63,620 nt of DNA, filler included, from Octopus bimaculoides (GCF_001194135.2; 8 parts of 7 records of this genome joined end to end with filler, not necessarily neighbours in it), one strand, 5' to 3'. Shown: positions 39,025 to 52,414, numbered from the whole stretch's first letter. The notes: a model not told the origin generated them from the letters alone. Translations and numbers: made by a program.

Positions 39025-39490
39025 TGGGGGGACAAACACAGACACACACATACAAACATATACATATATATATATCTATATATATATATATATATATATA
39101 TACGATGGGCTTCTTTCAGTTTCTATCTACCAAATCCACTCACAAGGCTTTGGTCGGCCCGAGGCTATAGTAGAAGACACTTGCCCAAGGCGCCACACAG
39201 TGGTACTGAACGCAGAACCATGTGGTTGGTAAGCAAGCTACTTACCACACAGTCACTCCTGCGTTTATACCGATCAAATGTATGTGCTGCGCATAAACTC
39301 ACTCCCTCCATCACATCGACGTTACCTGGACAGGTAGGCGGTGAACCACGCGTCACATGTCGAGGCGATCGCAGAGCAACGTGAGATGAAGTGTTTTGCT
39401 CAAGAGCACAGCGTATCTCTCGGTCTAAGAATTTAAACCACGATTTCGTAATCGTGAATGCAACTCATTAACCACTAGGCCACGCGCTCT
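39025..39490 (-). mobile_element. SINE family 2 (39025-39262) and family 3 fragment (39345-39490)
   Basis: Recognisable family bodies with tRNA-like heads on the minus strand. Confidence 0.75.
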
Positions 39491-39517
39491 AACAATACAA
39501 CAAAAGATTCTACTTAC

Positions 39518-39765
39518 ATTTGTAAACTTGTATTTACTCCCAACTGGATGGACAAATATATTCTCGAGTGACTCCTTCATTCTGTAATTTGATGTGTCTT
39601 GGTTTACATAAGCTATGTAGCCAGCAGATATTAGTAAAAGACTGTATATAATACCATTCAAAACAACACTCTTGTACCACATCTCAGAAATAATTTTCCG
39701 ATGTCTAATTTTTCGCGCTTCTTCATCTAGCGGCGTGAATATAACTTTCTTCGCATACTGTATTT
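39518..39765 (-). CDS. Polycystin-1-like protein, exon with the first channel-domain TM helix (TPLDEEARKIRHRK..GIIYSLLLISAGYIAYVNQD..YRMKESLENIF..FTN)
   Basis: Acceptor ttttcacag, donor GTAAGT, 248 nt, phase 1 to 0; fits the PKD1L pattern P....AR..R....M...IY..L......D...Y.....L...F; in phase with the next two exons. Confidence 0.85.
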
Positions 39766-40407
39766 CTGTGAAAATATAAAATCCAACGATGACTTGGGAC
39801 TTAGAATTACGAAGTAATTAAAAAGGAGCTAAAATATGATCATCAGGCAATTAAAGTGAAGCATGTAATATTCACTTTTTTTAGTATATAATCACCTGAA
39901 CTTGGAATCATTGTAGAGAAAACAAAGTTTATACTTCCCACCAAAGTATTATACCATTAAAAAAAAAAAAACTATGTTCATTGTATAACGTCTTTGCACA
40001 ACCTCGCTTACACATCGTTCTTCTTTTTTAAACTTCCATGGTTTAATGTTCTAAGAGTATGTATGAGCCGTAGTGTATAATAGCAATATAAATCATTATT
40101 ATTAATACAATCATCATCATCATCATCATTATTATTATTATTATTATAGCAGTGAGCTGGCAGAAACGTTAGCACGCCGGGCGAAATGCTTAGCGGTATT
40201 TCGTCTGTGTGACACCGGTTGAAATGCTTAGCGGTATAACGACTCCGTGAATTTGAACTATTACTTATTATTTGAGTGCGTCTGTACAGTAAATGCAAGT
40301 TTCCATTGACTGTTTTTGTGTGTTCTTGTTATAACTATTGTGTGATAGTCTTCGTTCGAAAACTATCGTGTGTTTCCCCTATAGGGTAAACAGTAATTTC
40401 TGGTAAG

Positions 40408-40646
40408 ATGCCGAATAGTGTATCTTCGTCTGGCGAAGAGGCGTCAACCGAGAGAAAAAATATAGAAAATTTATTGTTTGGAGAAGTTTCGGATTCTTCT
40501 GAAGAGGAGTTTCCAAATCTATCAAATTGTACCGTTACAAGGAGGAACATAAATGTGAAAAGCATACAAACGGCGGCTGGAGGTGGAACCCGCCAGCTGT
40601 CGACAAACAAAAGCGACATATTAAAATATAAAGACATGTTAAAAAT
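40408..40646 (+). CDS. Possible first coding exon (MPNSVSSSGEE..ERKNIENLLFGEVSDSSEEEF..), truncated by the spacer; identity uncertain
   Basis: ATG in aagATGccg, 79 open codons to the gap, purine-rich acidic codons; an overlapping minus-strand ORF (40335-40646) is an alternative reading. Confidence 0.35.
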
Positions 40647-40746
40647 NNNNNNNNNNNNNNNNNNNNNNNNNNNNNNNNNNNNNNNNNNNNTTAATTAATT
40701 AANNNNNNNNNNNNNNNNNNNNNNNNNNNNNNNNNNNNNNNNNNNN
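40647..40746. other. Artificial scaffold spacer 6
   Basis: TTAATTAATTAA at 40691-40702. Confidence 0.97.
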
Positions 40747-40960
40747 ACGTAAAATACTGTCTATGTGATCTCAAATTTTAAAACAAACACATAATTTTCT
40801 TATGGTTTCTTAAACATTCATTAGAACAAAACTGTACAAATCCAAATATATGGTACCCGAGGCATAACACCTACATGAACGTCTAACTTGTTGTCTCTTG
40901 AGGTCTCTGGATGAGACTTGGGTCCAACTTGTACAAATGCAAAGCAAAAGTCAAACATAA

Positions 40961-41015
<55 letters not shown>

Positions 41016-41275
41016 GAACATCTGAACAGTAAAGGTCGTGCCTATAATAACTGATGAGTTGGGAACAATAAACCAAGATATAGACAAACGGCTGAAAGAG
41101 ATTGAAATAGAAAGCCCGATAGAACTCCCACAGACAGTTTGTCTCTTCAGGACAGAAAGGAATATCAGGAGGTTGCTAAGCACTTGAGAGACTGCTAAAA
41201 ACTTGTGTAAACCTAAGGTCACAGGTAGTAACCTGTTACACACATAATTCCTACCAGGAATAAAACCGAACAAAA
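40747..41275 (+). mobile_element. Two different R4/Dong-like LINE 3' ends in tandem, separated and followed by (TAA)n
   Basis: 40748: RKILSM* plus UTR up to the TAA array at about 40961-41012; 41014-41275: VVPIITDELGTINQDIDKRLKEIEI..LPQTVCLFRT.RNIRRLLST*. Confidence 0.65.
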
Positions 41276-41328
<53 letters not shown>

Positions 41329-42336
41329 TAGAATAATAATAATAATAAATAACCGATTTATCTCACATTTGGTGCGTAAAAATGCAATGTAGCTGTCTTT
41401 AGATATTTTAAAACTTTTTCAGGTATATTTTTATTACTACAAGTATTTCAAAATTTCAAAGCTTCAAATGCCGTGGTTGAGTTTTTCTTTCTTTCTTTCT
41501 TCGTCACCTCGTACTTTGGCACACTTCCAGAACTTCTGTAAAACATGAATAAGCCTCATATTTATGAGCGAATGCAATATGTTAGCGGTTACAATAAATT
41601 TAAAATGTCGAAGTGTTCGTGTGTTGAACATCAAATGAAAACAAAAATGAAAGTAAAAAAAAAAAACGAAAACAATGGAATTACATTTTAGTGAAAGTAT
41701 TTTCCGATAGGGCAATCGCCAAACGGTACGGGAGGCAGTGTGATTATTTAATTTTCTTTTCTTTTCATGTTATAGCTAAATTTGTTCGAAGGGTGATGTT
41801 GGTACTGTAATATTACTGAAAATATTTTATTTTCTTGTGATATAATATACTGTAACACAATCTGCATATTTTTTTCCAATAATATAATCTGTATATATGT
41901 TATCTGAGTAAGGCGAAATTGCCAAGTATATTTGTGATGCAACAATGCATTGATTGGAATTTGAAATTCTCTGCGGGCATTTTCGTTCTGTTTTCAGCTC
42001 GAAGAATTAAATAACCATGCATCAGGTACTTCAGCTGCTGCTAACAGGTACAGATTCCCTTAGTTAAAGATTAATAAAGACGATTACAGATTAAATAGAA
42101 CATGTGATCAAGAGAAGCCGTGCAAAACTGAGCGTGTGTTACAAACGCTAAAGAATTTATAAGAAAATACGATACAGCATTTATAGAAGAAATATAATAA
42201 GAACCCAATCATGTTAGTTTTAGAATACAGTACACAGGAACACATTGTTACTTGATGTTTGTATCTTAATCCATATTTTCTATATTTATACTTGGAAAAA
42301 ACCATATATATATATATATATGTGTGTGTACGTACG

Positions 42337-42375
<39 letters not shown>

Positions 42376-43145
42376 TGTGTGTGTCTGTGTATTTATGTAT
42401 ATATATAGATATATATATGTATGTATGTATGCATGTATGTATGTGTGTACTAAACTTCACAACACAACGTGTAAAATGTGGAAGGGTGTGTCTCTCAGTT
42501 GGAGGACTAAATAGACATGTTAAGAGAGTGCAAATGGTGGCAACTGTTTCTCCTGCCAGCCAGCCCAATATGTAATAAAATGTGTAAAAGCTTGGCTGGG
42601 ATTAAAAGTTATATAAGGAAATCATATGCAACAATAATGAATCATTTCAGTAAGTCTTTTTGGCAATGGCTTTTCTCGTGTAACCAATGTGCCGCTATGA
42701 CGTGTGTATATATGTATATATGAAAGTGTATTATAATTTGCTTGATGAACTGTAGTAAATATAACTGAAATAGACAGTTGCAAAAATATTTGGCCAAAGA
42801 AAATGAGAAAATTAAGCAAGATATATAAAGTGATGTCATTAAAGGAAAACAAAAAAGAAAGGATATTATATTACTTTCCATAGATTTTTTTATGATCTGA
42901 AATTACTTATTACTTAGAGCAAAATGTTCCCCTTTCAACAGAAGAACGAAAACATTCGGAGAAATGCTTTGTTATCGGATATTATTTTTGAGAAGGGGAA
43001 TTTTTCCCGAAATATTGATACGATAATTAAACAATCAATGTTAGGTATTACAATATACTTCTCTTTTCGTTTACATTTATTGACACTGCCTTTCATAAGT
43101 TTTCTGTAATAATTACCTACCTTTCTCCAAGATATTTACAAACAT

Positions 43146-43184
<39 letters not shown>

Positions 43185-44081
43185 NNNNNNNNNNNNNNNN
43201 NNNNNNNNNNNNNNNNNNNNNNNNNNNNNNNNNNNNNNNNNNNNNNNNNNNNNNNNNNNNNNNNNNNNNNNNNNNNNNNNNNNNNNNNNNNNNNNNNNNN
43301 NNNNNNNNNNNNNNNNNNNNNNNNNNNNNNNNNNNNNNNNNNNNNNNNNNNNNNNNNNNNNNNNNNNNNNNNNNNNNNNNNNNNNNNNNNNNNNNNNNNN
43401 NNNNNNNNNNNNNNNNNNNNNNNNNNNNNNNNNNNNNNNNNNNNNNNNNNNNNNNNNNNNNNNNNNNNNNNNNNNNNNNNNNNNNNNNNNNNNNNNNNNN
43501 NNNNNNNNNNNNNNNNNNNNNNNNNNNNNNNNNNNNNNNNNNNNNNNNNNNNNNNNNNNNNNNNNNNNNNNNNNNNNNNNNNNNNNNNNNNNNNNNNNNN
43601 NNNNNNNNNNNNNNNNNNNNNNNNNNNNNNNNNNNNNNNNNNNNNNNNNNNNNNNNNNNNNNNNNNNNNNNNNNNNNNNNNNNNNNNNNNNNNNNNNNNN
43701 NNNNNNNNNNNNNNNNNNNNNNNNNNNNNNNNNNNNNNNNNNNNNNNNNNNNNNNNNNNNNNNNNNNNNNNNNNNNNNNNNNNNNNNNNNNNNNNNNNNN
43801 NNNNNNNNNNNNNNNNNNNNNNNNNNNNNNNNNNNNNNNNNNNNNNNNNNNNNNNNNNNNNNNNNNNNNNNNNNNNNNNNNNNNNNNNNNNNNNNNNNNN
43901 NNNNNNNNNNNNNNNNNNNNNNNNNNNNNNNNNNNNNNNNNNNNNNNNNNNNNNNNNNNNNNNNNNNNNNNNNNNNNNNNNNNNNNNNNNNNNNNNNNNN
44001 NNNNNNNNNNNNNNNNNNNNNNNNNNNNNNNNNNNNNNNNNNNNNNNNNNNNNNNNNNNNNNNNNNNNNNNNNNNNNNNNN

Positions 44082-44113
<32 letters not shown>

Positions 44114-44487
44114 TATATATATATATATATTTATACATGTATATATATGAATATATCAATATATGTATACATATATGTATATGTATGTGGGGGTGTTTGT
44201 ATATGTATGCATATATTAATAGTAATACTTTAAATGTTATTGAAACGAAATAGCTGCTTGTATGTGTTCTCAAAGTCGCTTTAGGCGTCTATGCGCTTCA
44301 GAATTAGATCTGTTTAATCTATATGGCTTCCAGTAAAAGGGTCAACAGCGCTGACCGCTTATTGATTGTTACCTCCAAACGCCAAAGGGCAAATGTGGGC
44401 CACTACTTATTGTTCATGGGCAAGATATAAATAACAATTTATTCTGTATATTCTATATATTTGAAATATATATATGTATACATACAT

Positions 44488-44518
<31 letters not shown>

Positions 44519-46189
44519 NNNNNNNNNNNNNNNNNNNNNNNNNNNNNNNNNNNNNNNNNNATATACATATATGCAGTTAGAATTGCGGCCAATTATATTT
44601 GCATGTAGATAGCACAAATATATAGCAGAAGCTCCTTTTATATTCAATATATAAATTTGAAATTTCGCATTGATTTCTTCATTGTAAATAATAATTTTTG
44701 GTTGGTGTTTTTCTCAGGTTGTGGCTAGTTGCCATGAATCGTCTATTTTGTAAACTTAAAATTTACCAGACAGACCAACGAAACTAGTGATACAGTCTTT
44801 GAGATAAAAAGATCAGCTAATGTCAGCAGCTAAACTCCAGGCAGTTCAATTTTTTGCAACAATTCTCTTTTACATAATTTCCGTGTTGCCACATTCGAGA
44901 TGTACATTAACTATATTTCTAAAAATAATGTTTTGAATGCTGTTGTTGTTCAGCCTCAGGCTAACCCGTATTGAACAAACCTATAATGTAGTGTATAAAT
45001 TTGAATTTCTACCATCCTGTCTTTTATTCAACTATATTTTATCTAGATTTATTATATTATCCAATGTGACCTTCCTTATCTAAGACAGTAGATTGTGGCG
45101 CTTAAGGTGAAGAATTGTCAGAATCATTAGAACACAAAACTAAATAGTGAACGACTCTTTGTTCCTGTTTTTTAGGTCCTGAGTTCAAATACTACTCTGG
45201 TTAAATTTATCTTTCATCCTTCAGACTCGTTGACATATATTACCAGTCCTGGTCAATGGGAGTTTTAGAATGATGAACAAAATACTCTTTGCGGTATAAA
45301 TGCACAACGAGGGAGATGTGACAAATATAACTGAATGTAGTCATCAAACTGTTCCGTGCAGAAAATATATTTGAATGAAGAAAACGAGGGACTGGCTATG
45401 TATCTCTTCAGGAAAATTACATGACAAATATCTAAGACTTTACAAGGAAATCACCAAAGGTAGTGTAATGACTCGATATCGTGGAACGGTAAGCTTGTGG
45501 TTCCAAGGAAACATAATTTTTGTTGCCACTTTTTTAAAGTCGACTAATCGCATACAGGTTTACTAGTTAGCTCGTTAAGTAGAGATTTCTATTGACTTAG
45601 TATATTATTTTTAAAGACAAGATTGTTGATGATTGGATAAACGTCTGCATATTAGCAATATTATTTTTGTCTATGTAGACTGTTGCTACACAGATTCAGT
45701 TGCAACAAATGTTGAACTCAGAAAATAGAGATACGAAACTAAATATCGTTTACTGTCTGTATACAAATTATGTATACTGGATTTTTTGCTCGCCGCTTAA
45801 AGTTTTATATGTTAAAAATAACAATGAGAATGAGAAGTTTTAATGTTCGTAAGTTTTACAAAGCCATTTAAATGGAAACTGTTTTGACCAGTGTTATGGA
45901 AGCTGCTGTTGTTCCTTTATTTACCGAAGTTCAATAATTGCATTATCCACTGACTCATTCTGATTTGTGTCTTCTTCCCGGATGCAGCCAGAGATAATGA
46001 AATAGTAATACACTAGTTTAGCTGGAGGGTCCGTCTTTAATCCGGGAATCGCGATGAGAAATTGTCATGACTCTACAACGTCATATCAAGGGTAGTCACA
46101 TACTTTAGTTGTTATAAGCGAAACTGTCCTACGGTTGTTTTCAGGTATCTGTCACATTTGGAAACGCTCTTAAAATTTATAACGAACAC

Positions 46190-46740
46190 TGTATTTAATC
46201 CAGAGACATTGCTTGTTCTAATTCTATAGTCCGTGCCAGATATATTTCCCTACTACTTATTATCCTATTACTTAATATCCTATTACTTATTATATTATAA
46301 TACATACCAAGGTATAGTAGTTTCTTCACTGCTATATGGAGCTGACAGCTGGACAGTCTATAAAGCTCAAATAGACAAGTTATATGCATATATGATGCGA
46401 CAACTGCGACAAATTATGAATAATATTCTATTCGGCAAGATCAAGAATGAAGAGACCATACGGTGTGCTGCTCTGCCTCTTCTGATAGAAATCCTCATTG
46501 CTAGAAATTTATATTGGTTGGATCGTGTATATAGGATGGACAACAACGGACTCCTCAGACAAATCTTTTACTCCCAATTATGCAAAGAGGAGACGAAAAA
46601 ATGGAAGGCCTAGACTCAGATTCAAAGATACTGCAAGAAGGAATATGAAGTGGAACGGAGTTGACCAGAAGAAATGGTAAACTCAAAATTGAAAACCGAT
46701 CAGTATGGAGAAAGTTTATCAAGTCATGCTAAATCCATGA
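46190..46740 (+). mobile_element. RTE-clade LINE 3' fragment
   Basis: LLYGADSWTVYK..RQLRQIM..IKNEE..RNLYWLDRVYRMD..LLRQIFYSQL..GRPRLRFKDTARRNMK. Confidence 0.85.
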
Positions 46741-47781
46741 ACAGTCATAGACGCGATAACTGCAGATAAAAACTTATTATCCTATTTTCCTCTCATCTTA
46801 ATAAGAGTATGTGTGATTTGACTGACCCGTGAACTGAACTCACGTCCTCTAGCTAATCGACTACATTTACCAATCAATCAGCGCCCATATTCCGTAATTA
46901 TTTTATTATACAGAAGGGTACTCTTACTGAAATATTCTGACTTTACTAACGAGGATGAGAACACGAATTGTAGTGTTTTCGAATAATGCACTTGAAAGTC
47001 ATCTAGCTCTAGATTAGTCCTGATCAATTAGAATAATGATAAAAGTGTGATAAAACCATATATTTCACCAGATATTGTATGGAGGAAAACACCGTCTAAC
47101 TTATCCCAAAATTGTAGTAGGATGTTATTTAAGAAAGGTCTGACTGCAATTTTTAGCGCTTCCTCTCACTTCCACATTCTCTCTCTCTCGTTATATNNNN
47201 NNNNNNNNNNNNNNNNNNNNNNNNNNNNNNNNNNNNNNNNNNNNNNNNNNNNNNNNNNNNNNNNNNNNNNNNNNNNNNNNNNNNNNNNNNNNNNNNNNNN
47301 NNNNNNNNNNNNNNNNNNNNNNNNNNNNNNNNNNNNNNNNNNNNNNNNNNNNNNNNNNNNNNNNNNNNNNNNNNNNNNNNNNNNNNNNNNNNNNNNNNNN
47401 NNNNNNNNNNNNNNNNNNNNNNNNNNNNNNNNNNNNNNNNNNNNNNNNNNNNNNNNNNNNNNNNNNNNNNNNNNNNNNNNNNNNNNNNNNNNNNNNNNNN
47501 NNNNNNNNNNNNNNNNNNNNNNNNNNNNNNNNNNNNNNNNNNNNNNNNNNNNNNNNNNNNNNNNNNNNNNNNNNNNNNNNNNNNNNNNNNNNNNNNNNNN
47601 NNNNNNNNNNNNNNNNNNNNNNNNNNNNNNNNNNNNNNNNNNNNNNNNNNNNNNNNNNNNNNNNNNNNNNNNNNNNNNNNNNNNNNNNNNNNNNNNNNNN
47701 NNNNNNNNNNNNNNNNNNNNNNNNNNNNNNNNNNNNNNNNNNNNNNNNNNNNNNNNNNNNNNNNNNNNNNNNNNNNNNNNN

Positions 47782-47849
<68 letters not shown>

Positions 47850-48639
47850 TGTGTGTGTGTATCTTAATACATACATACATGTACATGTATGTACACACAT
47901 ACATACATACATACACGTGTGTGTGTGCGTACGTGTGTATGCGTGTGTGTATGTGTGCGTACGTGTGTGTGCTTGTGTTTGTCCCAGCCCCAGCACTCGC
48001 TTTGCTTCAAACTTAGCGGTTCGGCAAAAAAAGGTTCGGTAAAATGATTAGCAAACTTTAAAGACAAAAAGAAAACTAAATACCGGGGCCGATGTCTTCA
48101 ACTAAAATCTTTGATCCAATGCTCCATCAAGGTCGCACACAGTCCAATGGCTAAAACAAGTAAAAGACAATCAGATTAACAATAATTATTTTAATTAATT
48201 ATGTTATTCATTATCTCAACACCATCGACTTCCTGGCATAAATGAAAGAGTAAAAATGTACCTCTGAGAAAAATTCCAGTTACGAACAAAGACCAAGTTA
48301 ACTTTCAACTCGACCAGTCCCCTCTTGTCCATGACAGTAATGTCTAAAGCACGTTCATCGCATTCATTTCTCAATATAATAATAATAAGAAGAAGAAAAA
48401 TCATATCTTGGAGACGAAGCAAACTATTGATTTCTTACACAGAACTAAATTCTGTAAGGCATTTAGTCCGTTGCTTTACCATTTCTGCCATTCTAGCGTC
48501 TTAGACAGGACGAAATATCGATTTCTTAACGTTGGCACGAGGCCAGAAGCGAGACAAAATTTTACCAGATATTATTTTATTTATTTATTTTATTTCATTT
48601 CCTTTCTCTGAATATACAGCTTTGACTTTTAGCAAACAT

Positions 48640-48646
48640 TGAGCTT

Positions 48647-48709
<63 letters not shown>

Positions 48710-48997
48710 TGAATTGTATTTGTGGTGTCAATAACGTCAGGTGTCAAAAGAGACATAAGAGTAAACAACGGACATCAGCAGCAGCAGTAGCAGTAGCAGC
48801 AGCAGTAGGAGGAGGAGGAGGAGAAGGAGGAGGAATATTAGCAGTAGTAGTAAGAGTAATAGTATTATTAGTCGTAGCAGTAGTAGTAGTAGTAGTAGTA
48901 AGGAGTAGTAGTAGTAGTAGTAGTAGTAGTAAGGTGTAGTAGTAGTAAGGGGTAGCAGTAGTAGGAGTAGTAGTAGTAATAGTAAGGGGTAGTAGTG

Positions 48998-49036
<39 letters not shown>

Positions 49037-49045
49037 ACAGTGGCG

Positions 49046-49108
<63 letters not shown>

Positions 49109-49140
49109 ATAGTAGTAGTAGTAGTAGAAGTAGTAGTAGT
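48640..49140. repeat. (TAG)n/(CAG)n compound microsatellite
   Basis: Direct inspection. Confidence 0.95.
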
Positions 49141-49620
49141 ATGGTTTTACACGTCATCATGGCCTTCCCAGAAATATTTTAACGTAATAGTAACAAAGTT
49201 CAGCAGTTATATACGAGGAAAACCATATTCAGTTCTTTACATAAACTATCAGCCAAAGTTATTTCAAAATAGAAACAACGTGTTATGTCGTTCATCTTTG
49301 ACATAGGAATATTGGTTTCAAATTTTGGCACAAGCATTTAGTCCGGCATGCTAATGATCCTGCAAGATGACCGCCTTACATCGAACTATTATATTGGTCG
49401 CAATTTTCGGTTGACTAGAACGTTATAAGGTCTCTGCTTGTTTTTACGCACATTAGTCGATGCCTTGTGCTTCCAGGAATTGCTCTCCCTCTGCTCCTGT
49501 TTTATAGGTTCTGTGTTAACATTACAGATAACGAAATTGTGGCCTTGGTAACAAATATTTCGGAGTTGTTAGCCTGTTTGAAGACTCTATCAGAAATGGC
49601 ACCACTGCATTCTTCTTCAG

Positions 49621-49737
49621 AGTAGAATATTTGCTATTGCCCATATTTTACACTAAGACAAAGCATGTACATAACAATACTTCAGTTAAGATGAGAAGCC
49701 ATACGAGCCACTGCTTGGTATTGCATCAGGGCATTTA
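49621..49737 (-). mobile_element. End fragment of the TAA-flanked non-coding element
   Basis: gaatatttgct..gcccat..aagacaaa..atgtacat..gaagccat..gagccactgc.tggta.tgcatcagggcattta is the reverse complement of 52411-52530. Confidence 0.65.
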
Positions 49738-49816
49738 TAATAGATTTCATCATTATTATTATTGTTGTTGTTGTTGTTGTTGTGGTCATCGTCGTCGTTA
49801 TTATTACTATTATTAT

Positions 49817-50190
49817 TCAGTAGTTTTATTTTTATAACGTGCTTTCACTTCACTACCGAGCGCAGGTCTGTGTGCCTTGGGTATGTGCTGTGGTTTGCTG
49901 TGATGCTCTTATGGTTACTGTATTGAAAGTGTTTTGCGTAGGATGTGTGCAGTGCCTAGTAGTGCAATTTTCTGTATGTTATATATATTTGTAAGTCCTG
50001 GTGTTTTTGTTATGTATTTGTCTGAATATTCTTTTATCATACCTAAGGCGCCTACTATGATAGGAATTGTTTTTGTTTTTAGATTCCACATTCGAGCTAC
50101 CTCTATTTCCAGGTCATTGTATTCTGAACGTTTCTCCATTTCGTTTTGGGAAATGTTGCCATCTGCTGTTATTGAAAGCATTAGAAAGTA
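49817..50190 (-). mobile_element. R4/Dong-like LINE 3' part (REL endonuclease C-terminus) between TAA arrays
   Basis: EMEKRSEYNDLEIEVARMWNLKTKTIPIIVGALGMIK..IQKIALLGTAHILRKTLSIQ*. Confidence 0.85.
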
Positions 50191-50200
50191 TTAGAAAGCA

Positions 50201-50263
<63 letters not shown>

Positions 50264-51789
50264 CATTACCATTTAGCGTGCTGCAATGGTAGAATCGGTA
50301 GAACCACGATAAAATACACAGCATTATTTAATTGCATCTCTTTATGTCAGTAATTCAAATTCTACCTGAGTCCCTTCATGTTTCACATTTCCATTGCCAT
50401 ATAATATTAATACCAATCAAGTACTTAGGTTGATTTATTTGCCTGCATAGGCTGCTTCCAATGTGAAGTTCTTGTGGCAATGCTACAAACTATTAGTTTT
50501 GGTACTGTTATTATTATTGGTGTTTTATTGATAGCATTTGTCATGCATCGAAAAGAAGCAGAGATTTTTTTAAAGGTTATTTTCCGGAAAGAGTCTTACA
50601 AATCATATTGCTTACTATTGATTAAGATAGAAATGGTTTTGTAATTCCCTCACTACAAAGACATAAAAAAATACATGAAATGCGTTAAAGACAGGCTTTT
50701 GGACATTTAAGATACTTTAATTCTAAGGAGATTTTCTTATGGATAAAAAAAAATGTGGTTTTGTTTTACGAGAGCGTTGTTCCCATTTTGCCTCGAATGC
50801 AAATTAAATGGGGGAATTCTGTTGTTCTCAAACAAAAGAATACACATGATAAGGAAAGATAAAGCAATTGAAGGTGTATATGAATACAGAGTATAAACAA
50901 CAGAATACGCAGATGGTTGTGACAGATTAAGTTAAGCTCTATACATAAATACTTCAAATGAAACAATCAAACGGACATATTTGTTCAGTTAAACAATGGC
51001 GGATTGTACACGTGTGTGAGTGTAACCGAAACAAAGCGCTGCATCAAGAATGTCAAATTCCAAATGGAAGGGAATTGCGCATAAATATTATCAAATAAAT
51101 AAGAATTGTTATATGAAAAGATTTCCTATTTATATTACAAAAGATGGATTTTCAGGAACGATAATCGGAAACAACTATGCTAATAAAGTATGAATAAGGT
51201 ATTAGTTATATTTCGGATGTTAAGGCTCAATATACGTGTATGAAATGTTTATATTTAGTAGAACCGATTCACTACTTTTCTTTCTTCACATCATTCGCTA
51301 TATATTCTGCTCTCTCACTCTGTCTCACCCTCTCTCTTTCTCTCTATCTATCTACCCATCTCATACTCTCATTCTTTCCCTCGCTCTTACTATTCATATT
51401 CAAATAAAGCAAATAGCGAAAAAAATAAATAAATACATCTTTAAACGAACGTTTTGAGAAAGCTATGGATGGAATAAACAAATATCTGGCACCATCAAAT
51501 CCTAAGAGCAGTCGTCGGTGGAGTAAGAACAGCAGCTCGAAAGGCAGTGTTGTGAGTGGGACCTAACTAACATGTCTACATGTATGTCATACGAGGTGAC
51601 TGCCAGGTTGATTCTCAAATAGGAATGTGACGTATCTGGAGAAAATGAGTTATGAATCGCTCTTGGTTGTTGATTGACATGTTACAGCTTTGCTCGGTCT
51701 AAGTTGACCGACAGCAACATTATGGCAACATCAACAACACTAGCAACGACAACCGCAGCAGTATTTTTTTAAAGATTCAGTAATAGTAA

Positions 51790-51805
51790 CGACAACAACG
51801 ACGAC

Positions 51806-51836
<31 letters not shown>

Positions 51837-51912
51837 GTGATGGTGATAACAACTACACCAAAAAGAACAAGGAACAACGAATATAATAATAATAATTATA
51901 ATAATAATAATA

Positions 51913-51962
<50 letters not shown>

Positions 51963-52065
51963 AGTGATGGTGGTGGCGGTGATTTTGGTGGTGGTAGCTG
52001 GTGGTGGTGCTGGTAGAAGAAGAAGAAGAACAAGAACAAGAAGAAGAACAAGAACAAGAAGAAAT
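51790..52065. repeat. (GAT)n/(TAA)n/(GGT)n/(GAA)n compound microsatellite
   Basis: Direct inspection. Confidence 0.9.
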
Positions 52066-52089
52066 AAACAACTACGACGATTTGAAGTG

Positions 52090-52364
52090 GGAAATATGAA
52101 GGTTGCGTTGAATGAAGAGAATAGACGTGATACTAATAGTAATTGGTGCACTTGGAAGTATCAGCACTCAACTGCCAACATGGCTGAAAAAGATCCGCGC
52201 AAGTGTGAAGGTAGAACACCTACAAAAACCAGCATTGCTTGGAACTGCTAGAATTCCTCGCAGGGTTCTTGAAGCATGAACAGTAAAAAATTGTTACCTT
52301 AGTCTGCTGGCTCTGGATAGCTGACACTTTCCATTATACCCAGCAATATAAGCTGTGAGTTTTA

Positions 52365-52368
<4 letters not shown>
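52090..52368 (+). mobile_element. R4/Dong-like LINE 3' end followed by (TAA)n
   Basis: ILIVIGALGSISTQLPTWLKKIRASVKVEHLQKPALLGTARIPRRVLEA*. Confidence 0.8.

Positions 52369-52410
<42 letters not shown>

Positions 52411-52414
<4 letters not shown>

Noticed and set aside
45411-45487. Plus-strand AG..GTAAGC segment GKLHDKYLRLYKEITKGSVMTRYRGT
   Set aside because: Plausible exon but no partner exons or homology recognised.
45925-46025. Minus-strand PAKLVYYYFIISGCIREEDT, TM5-like
   Set aside because: Hydrophobic stretch is short, there is an in-frame stop just upstream, and the phase does not match exon 39765.
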